Below, piece by piece: positions 17,779 to 25,781 of a stretch of DNA of 27,152 nt (positions within the stretch are counted from its first letter, which is position 1; each line of letters begins with the position of its first letter). The stretch comes from an uncultured virus (IMG/VR IMGVR_UViG_3300033141_004135) (Duplodnaviria > Heunggongvirae > Uroviricota > Caudoviricetes). Below the pieces are notes generated by a model, which worked only from the letters and a program-made list of their open reading frames with translations, was not told the origin of the DNA and did no database searches. The stretch lies in IMG/VR virus record IMGVR_UViG_3300033141_004135. The stretch is one strand, 5' to 3'. The position numbers were made by a program, and so were the translations under genes.

Positions 17779-18211
17779 CTGCATCTTCCTCTCTGGATTC
17801 TTTAATGGCGATGATATATTGCAGAAAACCTTTTGCTCCAAGGGAGCTGCCTGTAAACCCCTTATAAACGATGTGGAATCCTCTCATGGCGAGGATGAAT
17901 TCACAACAAGCCTTACATACTCCTATTGAACGTAGATCAAAAAACTCACTGCATTCTTTAAGGTAGATGACGTTTGTGGTTCCTTTTTTCCAGCAGATGA
18001 AACAAAGACCGTAAGAATCCTTATCTTTTCTCATGAAATCGAATCCTAGGATCACTCTTACTAACCGATCGATCTGTAAGTCGTATGGGGGGTTTTTGAA
18101 AAATTTTATCCCCGTTTCTAACAAGTAATAACAGTTAGAGCATAGTTTATTTGGAGAACCATTGATTGGATGTAATTTCCTAACAGTTCTTCCACAACCT
18201 TCACAGAGCAT
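17768..18211 (-). CDS. Zinc-finger family 2 paralog (4/7)
   Basis: CEGC..LCSNC..CFIC..VCKACCEFI. Confidence 0.87.
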   Translation of the reverse strand: MLCEGCGRTVRKLHPINGSPNKLCSNCYYLLETGIKFFKNPPYDLQIDRLVRVILGFDFMRKDKDSYGLCFICWKKGTTNVIYLKECSEFFDLRSIGVCKACCEFILAMRGFHIVYKGFTGSSLGAKGFLQYIIAIKESREEDADEM

Positions 18212-18215
18212 GTTC

Positions 18216-18647
18216 TTAACCTCGATCGTTTTCTATTATAGATTTATGAGCCACAATGTACCGTAGAAACAGTAGTGTACCTTCTCCGTCTTTTCTAAAC
18301 TTTCTACAAGAATTTTCAAATCTTCTTAACGAGAAGATGAATTCAGCACAGTATTTACAAGCATCAAAACAAGCATTGAAACTATTTGGCGGGCAGTAGA
18401 AGATTCTACGACTTGTTATTTTTCTACCGCATATATAACAAGGGAATATCGGAGTTTTGATTTTTTCTGATCGTTCAAATCCTATGACGGCTAAATGTAT
18501 TTTTTCGATTTTGGTATTGTTTGGTATTTTATCGAAGTAAATCAATCCCATTTTGAGTAGGTATGAACAATCTGAGCAAAATAGATCCCAGGAGTTCTTT
18601 ACCGGATATCTGCGTTTTACTGGTCTATTACAAGCATCGCATTTCAT
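18216..18647 (-). CDS. Zinc-finger family 2 paralog (5/7)
   Basis: CDAC..FCSDC..CYIC..ACKYCAEFI. Confidence 0.87.
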   Translation of the reverse strand: MKCDACNRPVKRRYPVKNSWDLFCSDCSYLLKMGLIYFDKIPNNTKIEKIHLAVIGFERSEKIKTPIFPCYICGRKITSRRIFYCPPNSFNACFDACKYCAEFIFSLRRFENSCRKFRKDGEGTLLFLRYIVAHKSIIENDRG

Positions 18648-18912
18648 GATGGAAACATTTAAACATGTTGTAATTCCGATTTAGTTCAAATAATAGATTC
18701 TTTTTCTTATATAGGATTGACATTATCTCTAATTCGTACTCGTTAGCTTCCATATAGAAGAATCTCATTATTTTATCCTCTTTTTCGAGTAGGAAAGAGC
18801 AGATGAAGTTTCCATCGTTTTCTTCCCAAGTAAAATTTTGGATTTTCCAGTGATCTAATGATCTTCTGAGCTTTAGAACACGCTTGAAGATCTGTTTTTT
18901 CCATTCTTTCAT
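18628..18912 (-). CDS. Hypothetical protein
   Basis: ATGA overlap with the upstream gene; interrupts array 2. Confidence 0.7.
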   Translation of the reverse strand: MKEWKKQIFKRVLKLRRSLDHWKIQNFTWEENDGNFICSFLLEKEDKIMRFFYMEANEYELEIMSILYKKKNLLFELNRNYNMFKCFHHEMRCL

Positions 18913-19268
18913 TTTCTGATCTTCTTTTGTTTAATTATTTTCTCTAAGTCCTCTGCCAGCATGAGGCAAATTAATAATCTCCTCATGCTTTTACTTGAAA
19001 AAGCGAATAACTCTATCGAGTAGTATAAATCGCACCTTTCACAATTTTCTCTGCGAAAATCGTAAGGTGCTTTTAATATACCAGCCTTCAAATATCTGAT
19101 CCACTTCTCTAACTTAGGATGCGGATCATTTTTCTCTATTTCAATGAGTTTATTGTAATTCCTCCAAAACGAATCATACTCATATTTTATATGAGTCATC
19201 ATCTCATGGAGATCTAATGTTAGAATTTCTAACTTCTTTTTTCCAAACTTTAATATTTTTATCTTCAT
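18909..19268 (-). CDS. Hypothetical protein (paralog of 5901-6329)
   Basis: CERCDL ... SMRRLLICLMLAEDLEKI; GAGGT SD. Confidence 0.8.
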   Translation of the reverse strand: MKIKILKFGKKKLEILTLDLHEMMTHIKYEYDSFWRNYNKLIEIEKNDPHPKLEKWIRYLKAGILKAPYDFRRENCERCDLYYSIELFAFSSKSMRRLLICLMLAEDLEKIIKQKKIRK

Positions 19269-19299
19269 GATTTTTACCTCTTTTATTTTAGATTTTTTT

Positions 19300-19767
19300 T
19301 TAAAAATGAGAAAGCCCCTTTTTATTTCTGTTTGGGTTATCTCTACGTTTTTTATGTGATGCTAAATATCTAAGAAACATTGTGGATGCCGAGTTAAAGT
19401 TTCTAAATTTCTTACATGTCAAGTGGAATCTACGTAGTTCTAGGATGAACTCACCGCACTTCTTACAGATCCATGAGTAAGTATGTATTGGTTGATCAAA
19501 GAGTTTATCTTCATAATAGAAGAGAGTGCAGTTTGGTCTAATATCGTCGCATACAAAACATCTTATTGGCTTTTGAGAGTACCATCCTAAACTTTCCAAA
19601 CCGATGGTTATTTTGTTGATTTTATGCAGTAATAGTGCAGTTGGGAAACCATCGAAATAGTTCATTCCCATTTTGAATAAGAAGAGACAATTAGAGCATA
19701 GCTTATCTTTGGAGTGTTTTATTGGATAAACCTTCCTCACCTGTTTATAGCATCCACTACATCTCAT
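19300..19767 (-). CDS. Zinc-finger family 2 paralog (6/7)
   Basis: CSGC..LCSNC..GMNYF..CFVC..ICKKCGEFI. Confidence 0.87.
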   Translation of the reverse strand: MRCSGCYKQVRKVYPIKHSKDKLCSNCLFLFKMGMNYFDGFPTALLLHKINKITIGLESLGWYSQKPIRCFVCDDIRPNCTLFYYEDKLFDQPIHTYSWICKKCGEFILELRRFHLTCKKFRNFNSASTMFLRYLASHKKRRDNPNRNKKGLSHF

Positions 19768-20158
19768 TTTCTAAGAACCTCTGGCGTTGGTTTTTAACAT
19801 GGAGTAAGAAATCATACATGTTTACTGTTCTCTTATGCATTATTGTTTTTAGATGAAGCGAGAATTCTCCACATCTCTTACAAAGATAGAATATGTAGGT
19901 CACTCCTTTAAAGGAATAATAAGTTGGAGATTTCCCGCAGATATAACAATGTCGACATTTTCTGTAGGATTTCCTAAGCTTTTTGGGGTATATTCCTCTA
20001 AATGCTGAGAGGATTCCCTCTATCATATAATTTTCGATGGAGTAAAAATAGTTTTCCCCCATCTTCAATACGAAGAGACAATCACGGCAATACAATTTTT
20101 CTTCTGGTTTTCTGATCGTCTCTTCGTTGATTGTTTTTTTACAAACCATGCATTTCAT
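19757..20158 (-). CDS. Zinc-finger family 2 paralog (7/7)
   Basis: CMVC..YCRDC..GENYF..CYIC..LCKRCGEF. Confidence 0.87.
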   Translation of the reverse strand: MKCMVCKKTINEETIRKPEEKLYCRDCLFVLKMGENYFYSIENYMIEGILSAFRGIYPKKLRKSYRKCRHCYICGKSPTYYSFKGVTYIFYLCKRCGEFSLHLKTIMHKRTVNMYDFLLHVKNQRQRFLENEM

Positions 20159-20831
20159 TTTTCATGATTTTGATGTGATTTACGAGTTTTTCAGCTGTTG
20201 TGGGAGTTAGACCCGGACAGCTGTTTAACTCGATTAAATAAAAAAGATGATCGTGAATTCCAACGTCCATTCCTACAAAATGGACGTTTATTTTATTAAT
20301 GATTTTTTTGCAGAAATATTCTAATTTGGAGTTTAAAATGGTGACGTACTTACACGTCTTAATGTTCTTATAAAGAGGAGTATAGCATTTTGATCTCGGG
20401 ATCTTTTTCTTAGTGCTGATTACTCCGAGTTTAGTGATTAGAACCCGATATTCCTTTTCGAATGGGATGAAGATTTGGAAGTACTCATCCTGTGAAAAGG
20501 ATAGATCCTTGATCTCGGAGTACAGATAAAACCCGATGCCCTCGGCTTTTGATTCGAATCGATGTTTAACGACGAGTAGTTGATCATCTGGAGTTCCGAG
20601 TAGATCTTCGATGCTATAGAACGTCGGTGGATGGAGTATCTGTAGAGAGTCTAATGTCTGGTTCATTCTTATTTTATCTTTAATCCATTCGATGTATGGA
20701 TTAAAGATAAAAAAAATAGAAGATTTAGGATCTACGAAGTCTGATCTGGTGTTGATCAAGACGTCCTCAATGAAAAACCGTTTGAGGAGTTTGATCGATC
20801 TACTCCAGATCTTAGTAGGTATTATGATCAT
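20139..20831 (-). CDS. ATP-grasp amidoligase (RimK/YheCD-like)
   Basis: VVK..., FQIFIPFEKEYRV, FVGMDVG, YLIELNSCPGL (ExN motif). Confidence 0.85.
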   Translation of the reverse strand: MIIIPTKIWSRSIKLLKRFFIEDVLINTRSDFVDPKSSIFFIFNPYIEWIKDKIRMNQTLDSLQILHPPTFYSIEDLLGTPDDQLLVVKHRFESKAEGIGFYLYSEIKDLSFSQDEYFQIFIPFEKEYRVLITKLGVISTKKKIPRSKCYTPLYKNIKTCKYVTILNSKLEYFCKKIINKINVHFVGMDVGIHDHLFYLIELNSCPGLTPTTAEKLVNHIKIMKNEMHGL

Positions 20832-20834
20832 CGC

Positions 20835-21557
20835 CTATTTTTTCCACCATTTTTTCTTACTTTTGGTGGTGGAAAGAGGCGTATAATCATAGTACTTCCA
20901 GCCACCATATTTATATACGTAAGTGTATTTTTTCTCCTCTGGCTTATGTAGTCGTTTCGGTCCAGATCTCTTTAAGAGATATAGTCCTTCATCTATTTCT
21001 GTTTGCTCACCGAAATAGCTGAGATCTGAACCGTAGATCCCTTCTCCATCTATGTAACCGAACTCACCGCTCGTCTTGAGGAGATATATTTTATTTTCTC
21101 TCCTATCGTATACAACGATAACACCGTAGAATGAATCATCGAAAGTAGAGTAGAAATTAAGAATCCCCACTTTCTCTATTATGTAGGCGATGGCGTATGA
21201 ATCGGATACGCCCACTTTCCTACACCCGAGTAATTTGGCGTAATCATAAGCCTTTGTGAATATGCCGTTATGAGCAATGACATATCGCCCAAGACAGATC
21301 GGTTGAGTATTTTTTATTGAGATCTTGCCGTGAGACTTCCTCCTATAATGAAGGATATAGGGGGGAGTCAAGTCTTCGTATATTTCACCGCTGTACTCCA
21401 AGCCGTCCTCTACTGTTTTGTAGAGGACGTTTTTATCATGTACATATGCTCCGAATCCATCACCACCGTTAGTAGTGATTAATTCAAAGCTCATGATATA
21501 TAGGTCCTCACGAGTAAGAGGAAACCTCTTACTCACATTTACAAAAATTCTGCACAT
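20835..21557 (-). CDS. Class II (Ntn) glutamine amidotransferase
   Basis: N-terminal MC, DGFG, HYRRKSHG, NTQP, AHNG, SDS. Confidence 0.9.
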   Translation of the reverse strand: MCRIFVNVSKRFPLTREDLYIMSFELITTNGGDGFGAYVHDKNVLYKTVEDGLEYSGEIYEDLTPPYILHYRRKSHGKISIKNTQPICLGRYVIAHNGIFTKAYDYAKLLGCRKVGVSDSYAIAYIIEKVGILNFYSTFDDSFYGVIVVYDRRENKIYLLKTSGEFGYIDGEGIYGSDLSYFGEQTEIDEGLYLLKRSGPKRLHKPEEKKYTYVYKYGGWKYYDYTPLSTTKSKKKWWKK

Positions 21558-21577
21558 TTTTATCTTTTTTTTTATGA

Positions 21578-22840
21578 TTAGATGATCTTGAATTTTTCCA
21601 AAACTATCCTAAGGAATCTGTTGACATTCCCCTCAAGACAGTTGAAAAATAAGAATGATCTTAATGATCTAGAAAATCCTATCGAGTATGGAGATGTATT
21701 CCCTACACCGAAGGATTTCCTAACTATCTTGATTGTTAGATCCTTCTCCTTAAATACGCCGTCTTCATCACGGCTGTATATGGATCTAACAAACATTTCA
21801 TCCCCATAATATTCTATCTTATCGGAGATGAAAATTGACATCGTCGTCGATGCTTTAGATATCGGATCATCTCCATCTCTGACTCTCACACCGTATAAAA
21901 CGGTATTTTCTGGTGTGAGAATTTCCCTTTTAGCTTTTCTCCAGAGATCAACGATCTCGTTGATCGGTTCCATATAATCGTCCATATTTACGATTATATG
22001 GGGTTTTCCTTTCTTCAATGAAGATGATGCATTGTATCCGAAATTTTCGAATACATCATAACTCATCTTTTTCCCTCTCTCTATAAGAGAGAAAAGAGAT
22101 AAGATGTATCCGTTAAATCGAGGATACGGTGAACCCCACTTCATCATTCTGAGTATGTTTTGTTTCGCATGCTGGTATACTAGCCAGTACGCATCTCCCC
22201 AGTCTTTATCTTCGTTCAAATCACGAAGAAGAGAGAATATCTCTGGGGAGGTTTTTAGTTTTCTCCAGTACTCAGCTATCAACGATACTATGGCGAATCC
22301 GCCTCTAAGATGTAGAGGCGAAGAGATAAAGGAGTATGGTACCCTAAATTCAAACCCATGGCTTTTTGATCTCACCATTGAGTTTGAATCTATGACACCA
22401 TAGCAGTAATCCGATCTTACTACCCTCTTGTACAGTTCCTCGGAGGGTATTAAGCCCCATATTATGGGGATGAAATTTTCAACCAATAAATGGGAGATAA
22501 CTTTAATCGATTTGCAGTTTAACGGCTTACAATTACCTCCCATGTGTATGTGGCATCCAATAGGTTGTCCGTTATAAAAAGCTCCAGAACGGAGCCAAAG
22601 GTTCTCTCTATTCTCTTTTATGAATATTTTCTTCAGAGTGTAGAGTAGAACCTCTACATTATGAGTAAGACCTACAATCCGAGTATGATTGCTCGGATGA
22701 GGTCTTAACTCCAATGGAGTTCCTGCTCCATCGCACCCGATTGGTTCGTGCGTAGAGCAGAAATCCAAGTCATCTCTGGCACTATAGATAGAGCCAGACC
22801 TATTCAATATAAGGAATTCTGGATCGCATCCAATTAACAT
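21578..22840 (-). CDS. phiEco32-like COOH-NH2 ligase type 2 (glutamine synthetase/gamma-GCS-fold amidoligase)
   Basis: LIGCDPEF, IGCDG...LELRP, GCHIHMG, RSKSHGFEFR. Confidence 0.88.
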   Translation of the reverse strand: MLIGCDPEFLILNRSGSIYSARDDLDFCSTHEPIGCDGAGTPLELRPHPSNHTRIVGLTHNVEVLLYTLKKIFIKENRENLWLRSGAFYNGQPIGCHIHMGGNCKPLNCKSIKVISHLLVENFIPIIWGLIPSEELYKRVVRSDYCYGVIDSNSMVRSKSHGFEFRVPYSFISSPLHLRGGFAIVSLIAEYWRKLKTSPEIFSLLRDLNEDKDWGDAYWLVYQHAKQNILRMMKWGSPYPRFNGYILSLFSLIERGKKMSYDVFENFGYNASSSLKKGKPHIIVNMDDYMEPINEIVDLWRKAKREILTPENTVLYGVRVRDGDDPISKASTTMSIFISDKIEYYGDEMFVRSIYSRDEDGVFKEKDLTIKIVRKSFGVGNTSPYSIGFSRSLRSFLFFNCLEGNVNRFLRIVLEKFKII

Positions 22841-22882
22841 GATTATTTATGATGATTTTTTTTTGATTAATATAATAAATGT

Positions 22883-23197
22883 GATGAAAAAAAGTATTGG
22901 AGGGATGCGAACATCCTCCAATTGAACTGGGGGATAATGGTAAGATCCGTAAAGAAAATGGACCTCACTCCTCTTAAGATCCGACCCTACATCGACCTCA
23001 TCATTTCCTCGACATCAACATCCCCAACCCTCATCTCTACCTCCTGAGTCTTACGTGTATACACACTGCTCTTGTAGAGTGAAAGGAATTTGGGGACTTT
23101 TGCAGCGCACTACCTTTAGCTAAGATGCAGAATCGGGTCTACGCCCCATAGGAGTGATTGCGGAGTATGGAGTAAGTCTCCAACCTTCGCCACTCCT
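22883..23197 (-). ncRNA. Putative structured ncRNA, motif A copy 1 (unassigned family)
   Basis: Homologous to 24217-24431 (25-nt identical core, compensatory stems, frame-breaking indels); ends in a UUCG hairpin plus T-tract. Confidence 0.7.
22887..22922 (-). terminator. Hairpin (ATTGGAGGATG-TTCG-CATCCCTCCAAT) plus T7 tract
   Basis: GC-rich stem, UUCG loop, oligo-T; repeated at 24221-24256. Confidence 0.6.
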
Positions 23198-23199
23198 TT

Positions 23200-23394
23200 T
23201 CAGATCATCAATTCGAGATCTTCAGCATCGAAGAATTCGATGATTCTTCTTTTTTCCGGGATGATCACGCTTTCTACATTGGGAAAACGTGATATCCGTC
23301 GAAGAAGATCTCGAAGGTCCTCTTCCTTTATCTTTATGTCGATGTACTCTACCCCATCGGTAAAGTACTCCGACAATTTTATCTTAATTAGCAT
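23200..23394 (-). CDS. Hypothetical protein, 64 aa
   Basis: MLIKIKLSEYF...; ATG 23394 avoids overlap with 23423-23611. Confidence 0.65.
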   Translation of the reverse strand: MLIKIKLSEYFTDGVEYIDIKIKEEDLRDLLRRISRFPNVESVIIPEKRRIIEFFDAEDLELMI

Positions 23395-23422
23395 GATTAA
23401 GTAGAAAAAAAAAAGATTATTA

Positions 23423-23611
23423 TTATTTTTTGATAATTGCATTAATCTCCTTCCAACAATTACGGCAAGCCCAGATTTCTTTTCCTTCTCTAATCTCCTC
23501 GAAGTGAAACCTCTCTTGATCTGCACCTCGTGGATCTGACGAGGCACAGTACTGAACTTGCCAATTGGGGCAGTTTGTACATGTCAACGTTCGGATGATT
23601 CCAGTATCCAT
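23423..23611 (-). CDS. Small Cys-rich protein
   Basis: CTNC..YC..ACRNC; GAGGTGA SD. Confidence 0.7.
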   Translation of the reverse strand: MDTGIIRTLTCTNCPNWQVQYCASSDPRGADQERFHFEEIREGKEIWACRNCWKEINAIIKK

Positions 23612-23625
23612 TTTTTTTTATCACC

Positions 23626-23778
23626 TCATATTGCGAATACATCGATCCATCTCCTCCCACAAGAAAGACAGAGGAGATTGGCGTGTTTAACGTCATCGAT
23701 CGAATCTACCTTTATTAAAAAGGTAGATGAAGATCCGCATTTTTCACAATTTAAAGTTATGTGGTTTACATTTATCAT
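23626..23778 (-). CDS. Small zinc-ribbon protein, 50 aa
   Basis: MINVNHITLNCEKCGSS...LLCLSCGRRW; ATGA overlap with the upstream gene; not in the ORF track. Confidence 0.65.
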   Translation of the reverse strand: MINVNHITLNCEKCGSSSTFLIKVDSIDDVKHANLLCLSCGRRWIDVFAI

Positions 23779-24098
23779 GGTTTCTCACCCCTCATGAATG
23801 GGGGAGTCACCCTCCATATGAATTCCTCGCAGATTGTTTTGTTTATTTTCAGCGTTTTGTTATACTCTTTGGCGAATCTTCGCCAGAGTTTAAACAATTT
23901 TCTATGGATTCTATCTGTATACAATCCATAGCGTTTAAACTCTTGCATTATTTTCTTTTTCGAGTATTCGATGGGACCTTCTCTGCATAAGGCGGTGGTG
24001 ATCATTCTCTTAATCACTTTTGCATGTTCACGATGGAAATCAGCCTCTCTGCTCCGCACAAAAGTCATATATTTTTCATAAATTTTATCTGACAACAT
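23775..24098 (-). CDS. Hypothetical basic protein
   Basis: 107-aa ORF preceded by structured leader B. Confidence 0.7.
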   Translation of the reverse strand: MLSDKIYEKYMTFVRSREADFHREHAKVIKRMITTALCREGPIEYSKKKIMQEFKRYGLYTDRIHRKLFKLWRRFAKEYNKTLKINKTICEEFIWRVTPPFMRGEKP

Positions 24099-24223
24099 GG
24101 TTTCCCCATGCTGATCGATTTGATCAGCATGGGGCTATAATGACTATGGATTCTACCCGCCCACCCCATCCCCGACCGCCATTTCATCCCCCATGATCTA
24201 ACTGATCATGGGTCTGGATGAAA
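24096..24223 (-). promoter_or_regulatory. Leader motif B copy 1: hairpin / G-quadruplex / hairpin / AAACC-ATG
   Basis: Hairpin 24190-24212, GGGGATGGGGTGGGCGGG (24156-24173, minus strand), 13-bp hairpin 24104-24134. Confidence 0.6.
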
Positions 24224-24431
24224 AAAAATATTGGAGGGATGCGAACATCCTCCGATCTGATGAGGGGATAATGATAGGATCCTAAGAAAATGCGGATCTC
24301 ACTTCTCAGCTTAGAAGAGATGGTAATCCTGCCTATCTCGGTCTTAGGGATCGATCTCTTTTTTAGCCTAAGCTCCCTCAGAGAAGTGATTGCGGAACAC
24401 GGAGTAGATCTCCAATGCTTCGCCACTTCTC
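24217..24431 (-). ncRNA. Putative structured ncRNA, motif A copy 2
   Basis: Same architecture as 22883-23197 with a shorter variable domain. Confidence 0.7.
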
Positions 24432-24464
24432 GTCTAGTTGTAGTTGGAGTATGTACGAATGCAT

Positions 24465-24680
24465 TTAGCATTTCTCTGGATTTTCTCTCTCTAATGATTT
24501 CTTCTCCTTTGGAGAGAGTAGAAACGGATAGGAGTCATAGAGAGAAATTCCGCAATAGTCACACCGCAACTCTTCCGAGCCATCATCAAAGAGTAGAAGA
24601 GTTGCTCTTTTTCTGTGACAAAAGATACAATATAATCCATTGAATTTATATTTACATTTTTTACTTTCCATTTTCATCAC
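24465..24680 (-). CDS. Small zinc-finger protein
   Basis: YCIFCH ... RCDYCG. Confidence 0.7.
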   Translation of the reverse strand: MMKMESKKCKYKFNGLYCIFCHRKRATLLLFDDGSEELRCDYCGISLYDSYPFLLSPKEKKSLERENPEKC

Positions 24681-24691
24681 TTTAATATTTA

Positions 24692-24744
24692 TTTAATCTC
24701 TTATGAGAGTAGATACTAGGTGTCTACTCTTATAAGAGATTAAA
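24692..24744. repeat. Intergenic palindrome family C, copy 1
   Basis: 25-bp arms with 2 mismatches and a 3-nt centre; core AGTAGAT-N7-GTCTACT. Confidence 0.9.
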
Positions 24745-24765
24745 CTATAAAATAAGGAAAAAAAA

Positions 24766-25230
24766 TTATATATTTAGTAAATCTGGGAAATTGCATACCA
24801 ATTTTGGATAGAATAATGTTATTGCATGTTGGAGCTCATCATCTGAGCTCCTATCGTAGATTAAATAATCCAACTCATAGTATTTTTTACAGTTATCAGT
24901 TGGAACATACATAAACGCCTTTATTACTTCTCCGGTTTTTCTCTCTACGAGAACCTCTTCTCTTTTGAAGAGATCGTTGTGGGTTCCTTCTAAGAAGTCA
25001 ATGTTGTCTAATGCTTCCATTGGAACCTCCGAGTACATTAAGGTCCAGAAATGATGATCCTTCAATTCGTAAGTGAACGAGTATTGATCTACGTAAGGAT
25101 GTAGGATCCTCACATGGTCGAGTACTTTCACTGGCTCTGCTGGAAATCCAGAAAGCCAATGAAAGATTGAAGAGTCATTTGCTACAAGGCGATATGTTTT
25201 CTCGTCTTTATAGGCTTTTCTTATCCTCAT
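24766..25230 (-). CDS. Gamma-glutamylcyclotransferase/AIG2-like protein
   Basis: EVPMEALDNIDFLEG...LFKREEVLVERKTGEVIKAFMYV matches the GGCT-like LDxxEG..Y/FxR..V..AxxY pattern; the N-terminal YGSL motif is not evident. Confidence 0.65.
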   Translation of the reverse strand: MRIRKAYKDEKTYRLVANDSSIFHWLSGFPAEPVKVLDHVRILHPYVDQYSFTYELKDHHFWTLMYSEVPMEALDNIDFLEGTHNDLFKREEVLVERKTGEVIKAFMYVPTDNCKKYYELDYLIYDRSSDDELQHAITLFYPKLVCNFPDLLNI

Positions 25231-25262
25231 CTTTTAAACCTTAGGTTATTTTTGATTATATG

Positions 25263-25306
25263 ATCTTTTATCTGAATAGATCTAATCATCTACTCAGATA
25301 GAAGAT
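25263..25306. repeat. Intergenic palindrome family C, copy 2
   Basis: 19-bp arms with 2 mismatches; AATAGAT-N6-ATCTACT. Confidence 0.85.
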
Positions 25307-25354
25307 GATATAAAAAAAGAGATTTATTTTTTGGAGTATTTACCTATGATCACC

Positions 25355-25409
25355 ATTTATCTTTCCATAAGAGTAGACGCCGAGTATCTACTATTATGGA
25401 AAGATAAAT
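25355..25409. repeat. Intergenic palindrome family C, copy 3
   Basis: 26-bp arms with 3 mismatches; AGTAGAC-N7-ATCTACT. Confidence 0.9.
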
Positions 25410-25437
25410 TAAGTAAGATAAAATAAAAAGAGATTAT

Positions 25438-25779
25438 TTATTTGAAGTATTTTTTGTTGATTTCTTTGATCATCGGTCCTACCTCTCTGAGGTAGGCTAT
25501 GGTATTTTTTATCTCCTCTATTATAGAGGAGATACCGTGGTCTTTTTCATCATCGCCGTAGTGGTTGTAATCCCACCCAACCACATAGTGATCCGGAGGG
25601 ATTACATTTTCGAGTAGCAACATGTTAACTGATTCTCCGTCTCCATTATAAGTGATCCCCCCATGTACTGGGAGATCTCTTATATTCAAGTAAGAGAGAT
25701 CTTCCTCCATACCGAGATATACCCGGTATGGGTTTTCTAAGATTACGGCATAGATATTCCTATCTCTTAGGATTATCAA
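25438..25779 (-). CDS. Conserved phage-type hypothetical protein (VHGG-TY / GWD-H-GD pattern)
   Basis: LPVHGGITYNG ... VVGWDYNHYGD. Confidence 0.75.
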   Translation of the reverse strand: MIILRDRNIYAVILENPYRVYLGMEEDLSYLNIRDLPVHGGITYNGDGESVNMLLLENVIPPDHYVVGWDYNHYGDDEKDHGISSIIEEIKNTIAYLREVGPMIKEINKKYFK

Positions 25780-25781
25780 AT

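Noticed and set aside
8784..20158. Diversity-generating retroelement as the source of paralog variation
   Set aside because: No reverse transcriptase, and no near-identical template/variable repeat pair differing at adenines was seen.
23150..23197. tRNA-like start (GTGGCGAAG) in the motif A 5' hairpin
   Set aside because: No cloverleaf, anticodon arm or properly placed T-arm; it folds as a single hairpin.
23395..23696. Long version of ORF 23200-23547 and ORF 23490-23696
   Set aside because: They overlap better-supported small genes (23423-23611 with SD; 23626-23778 zinc ribbon) and cross a poly-T tract.
24258..24290. Hammerhead-like CTGATGA...GAAA on the plus strand
   Set aside because: There is no C before GAAA to close stem II, no clear stems I/III, and copy 1 lacks CTGATGA.
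22883..24431. Motif A as an HDV-like ribozyme or group I intron
   Set aside because: The helix order is similar, but the short P3/L3-P1.1 and catalytic J4/2 consensus (HDV) and the P4-P6 domain and P7 consensus (group I) are absent. Left as unassigned.
24184..24471. 95-aa minus-strand ORF across motif A copy 2
   Set aside because: The homologous copy 1 has indels and stops in the equivalent frame; conservation follows base pairing, not codons.
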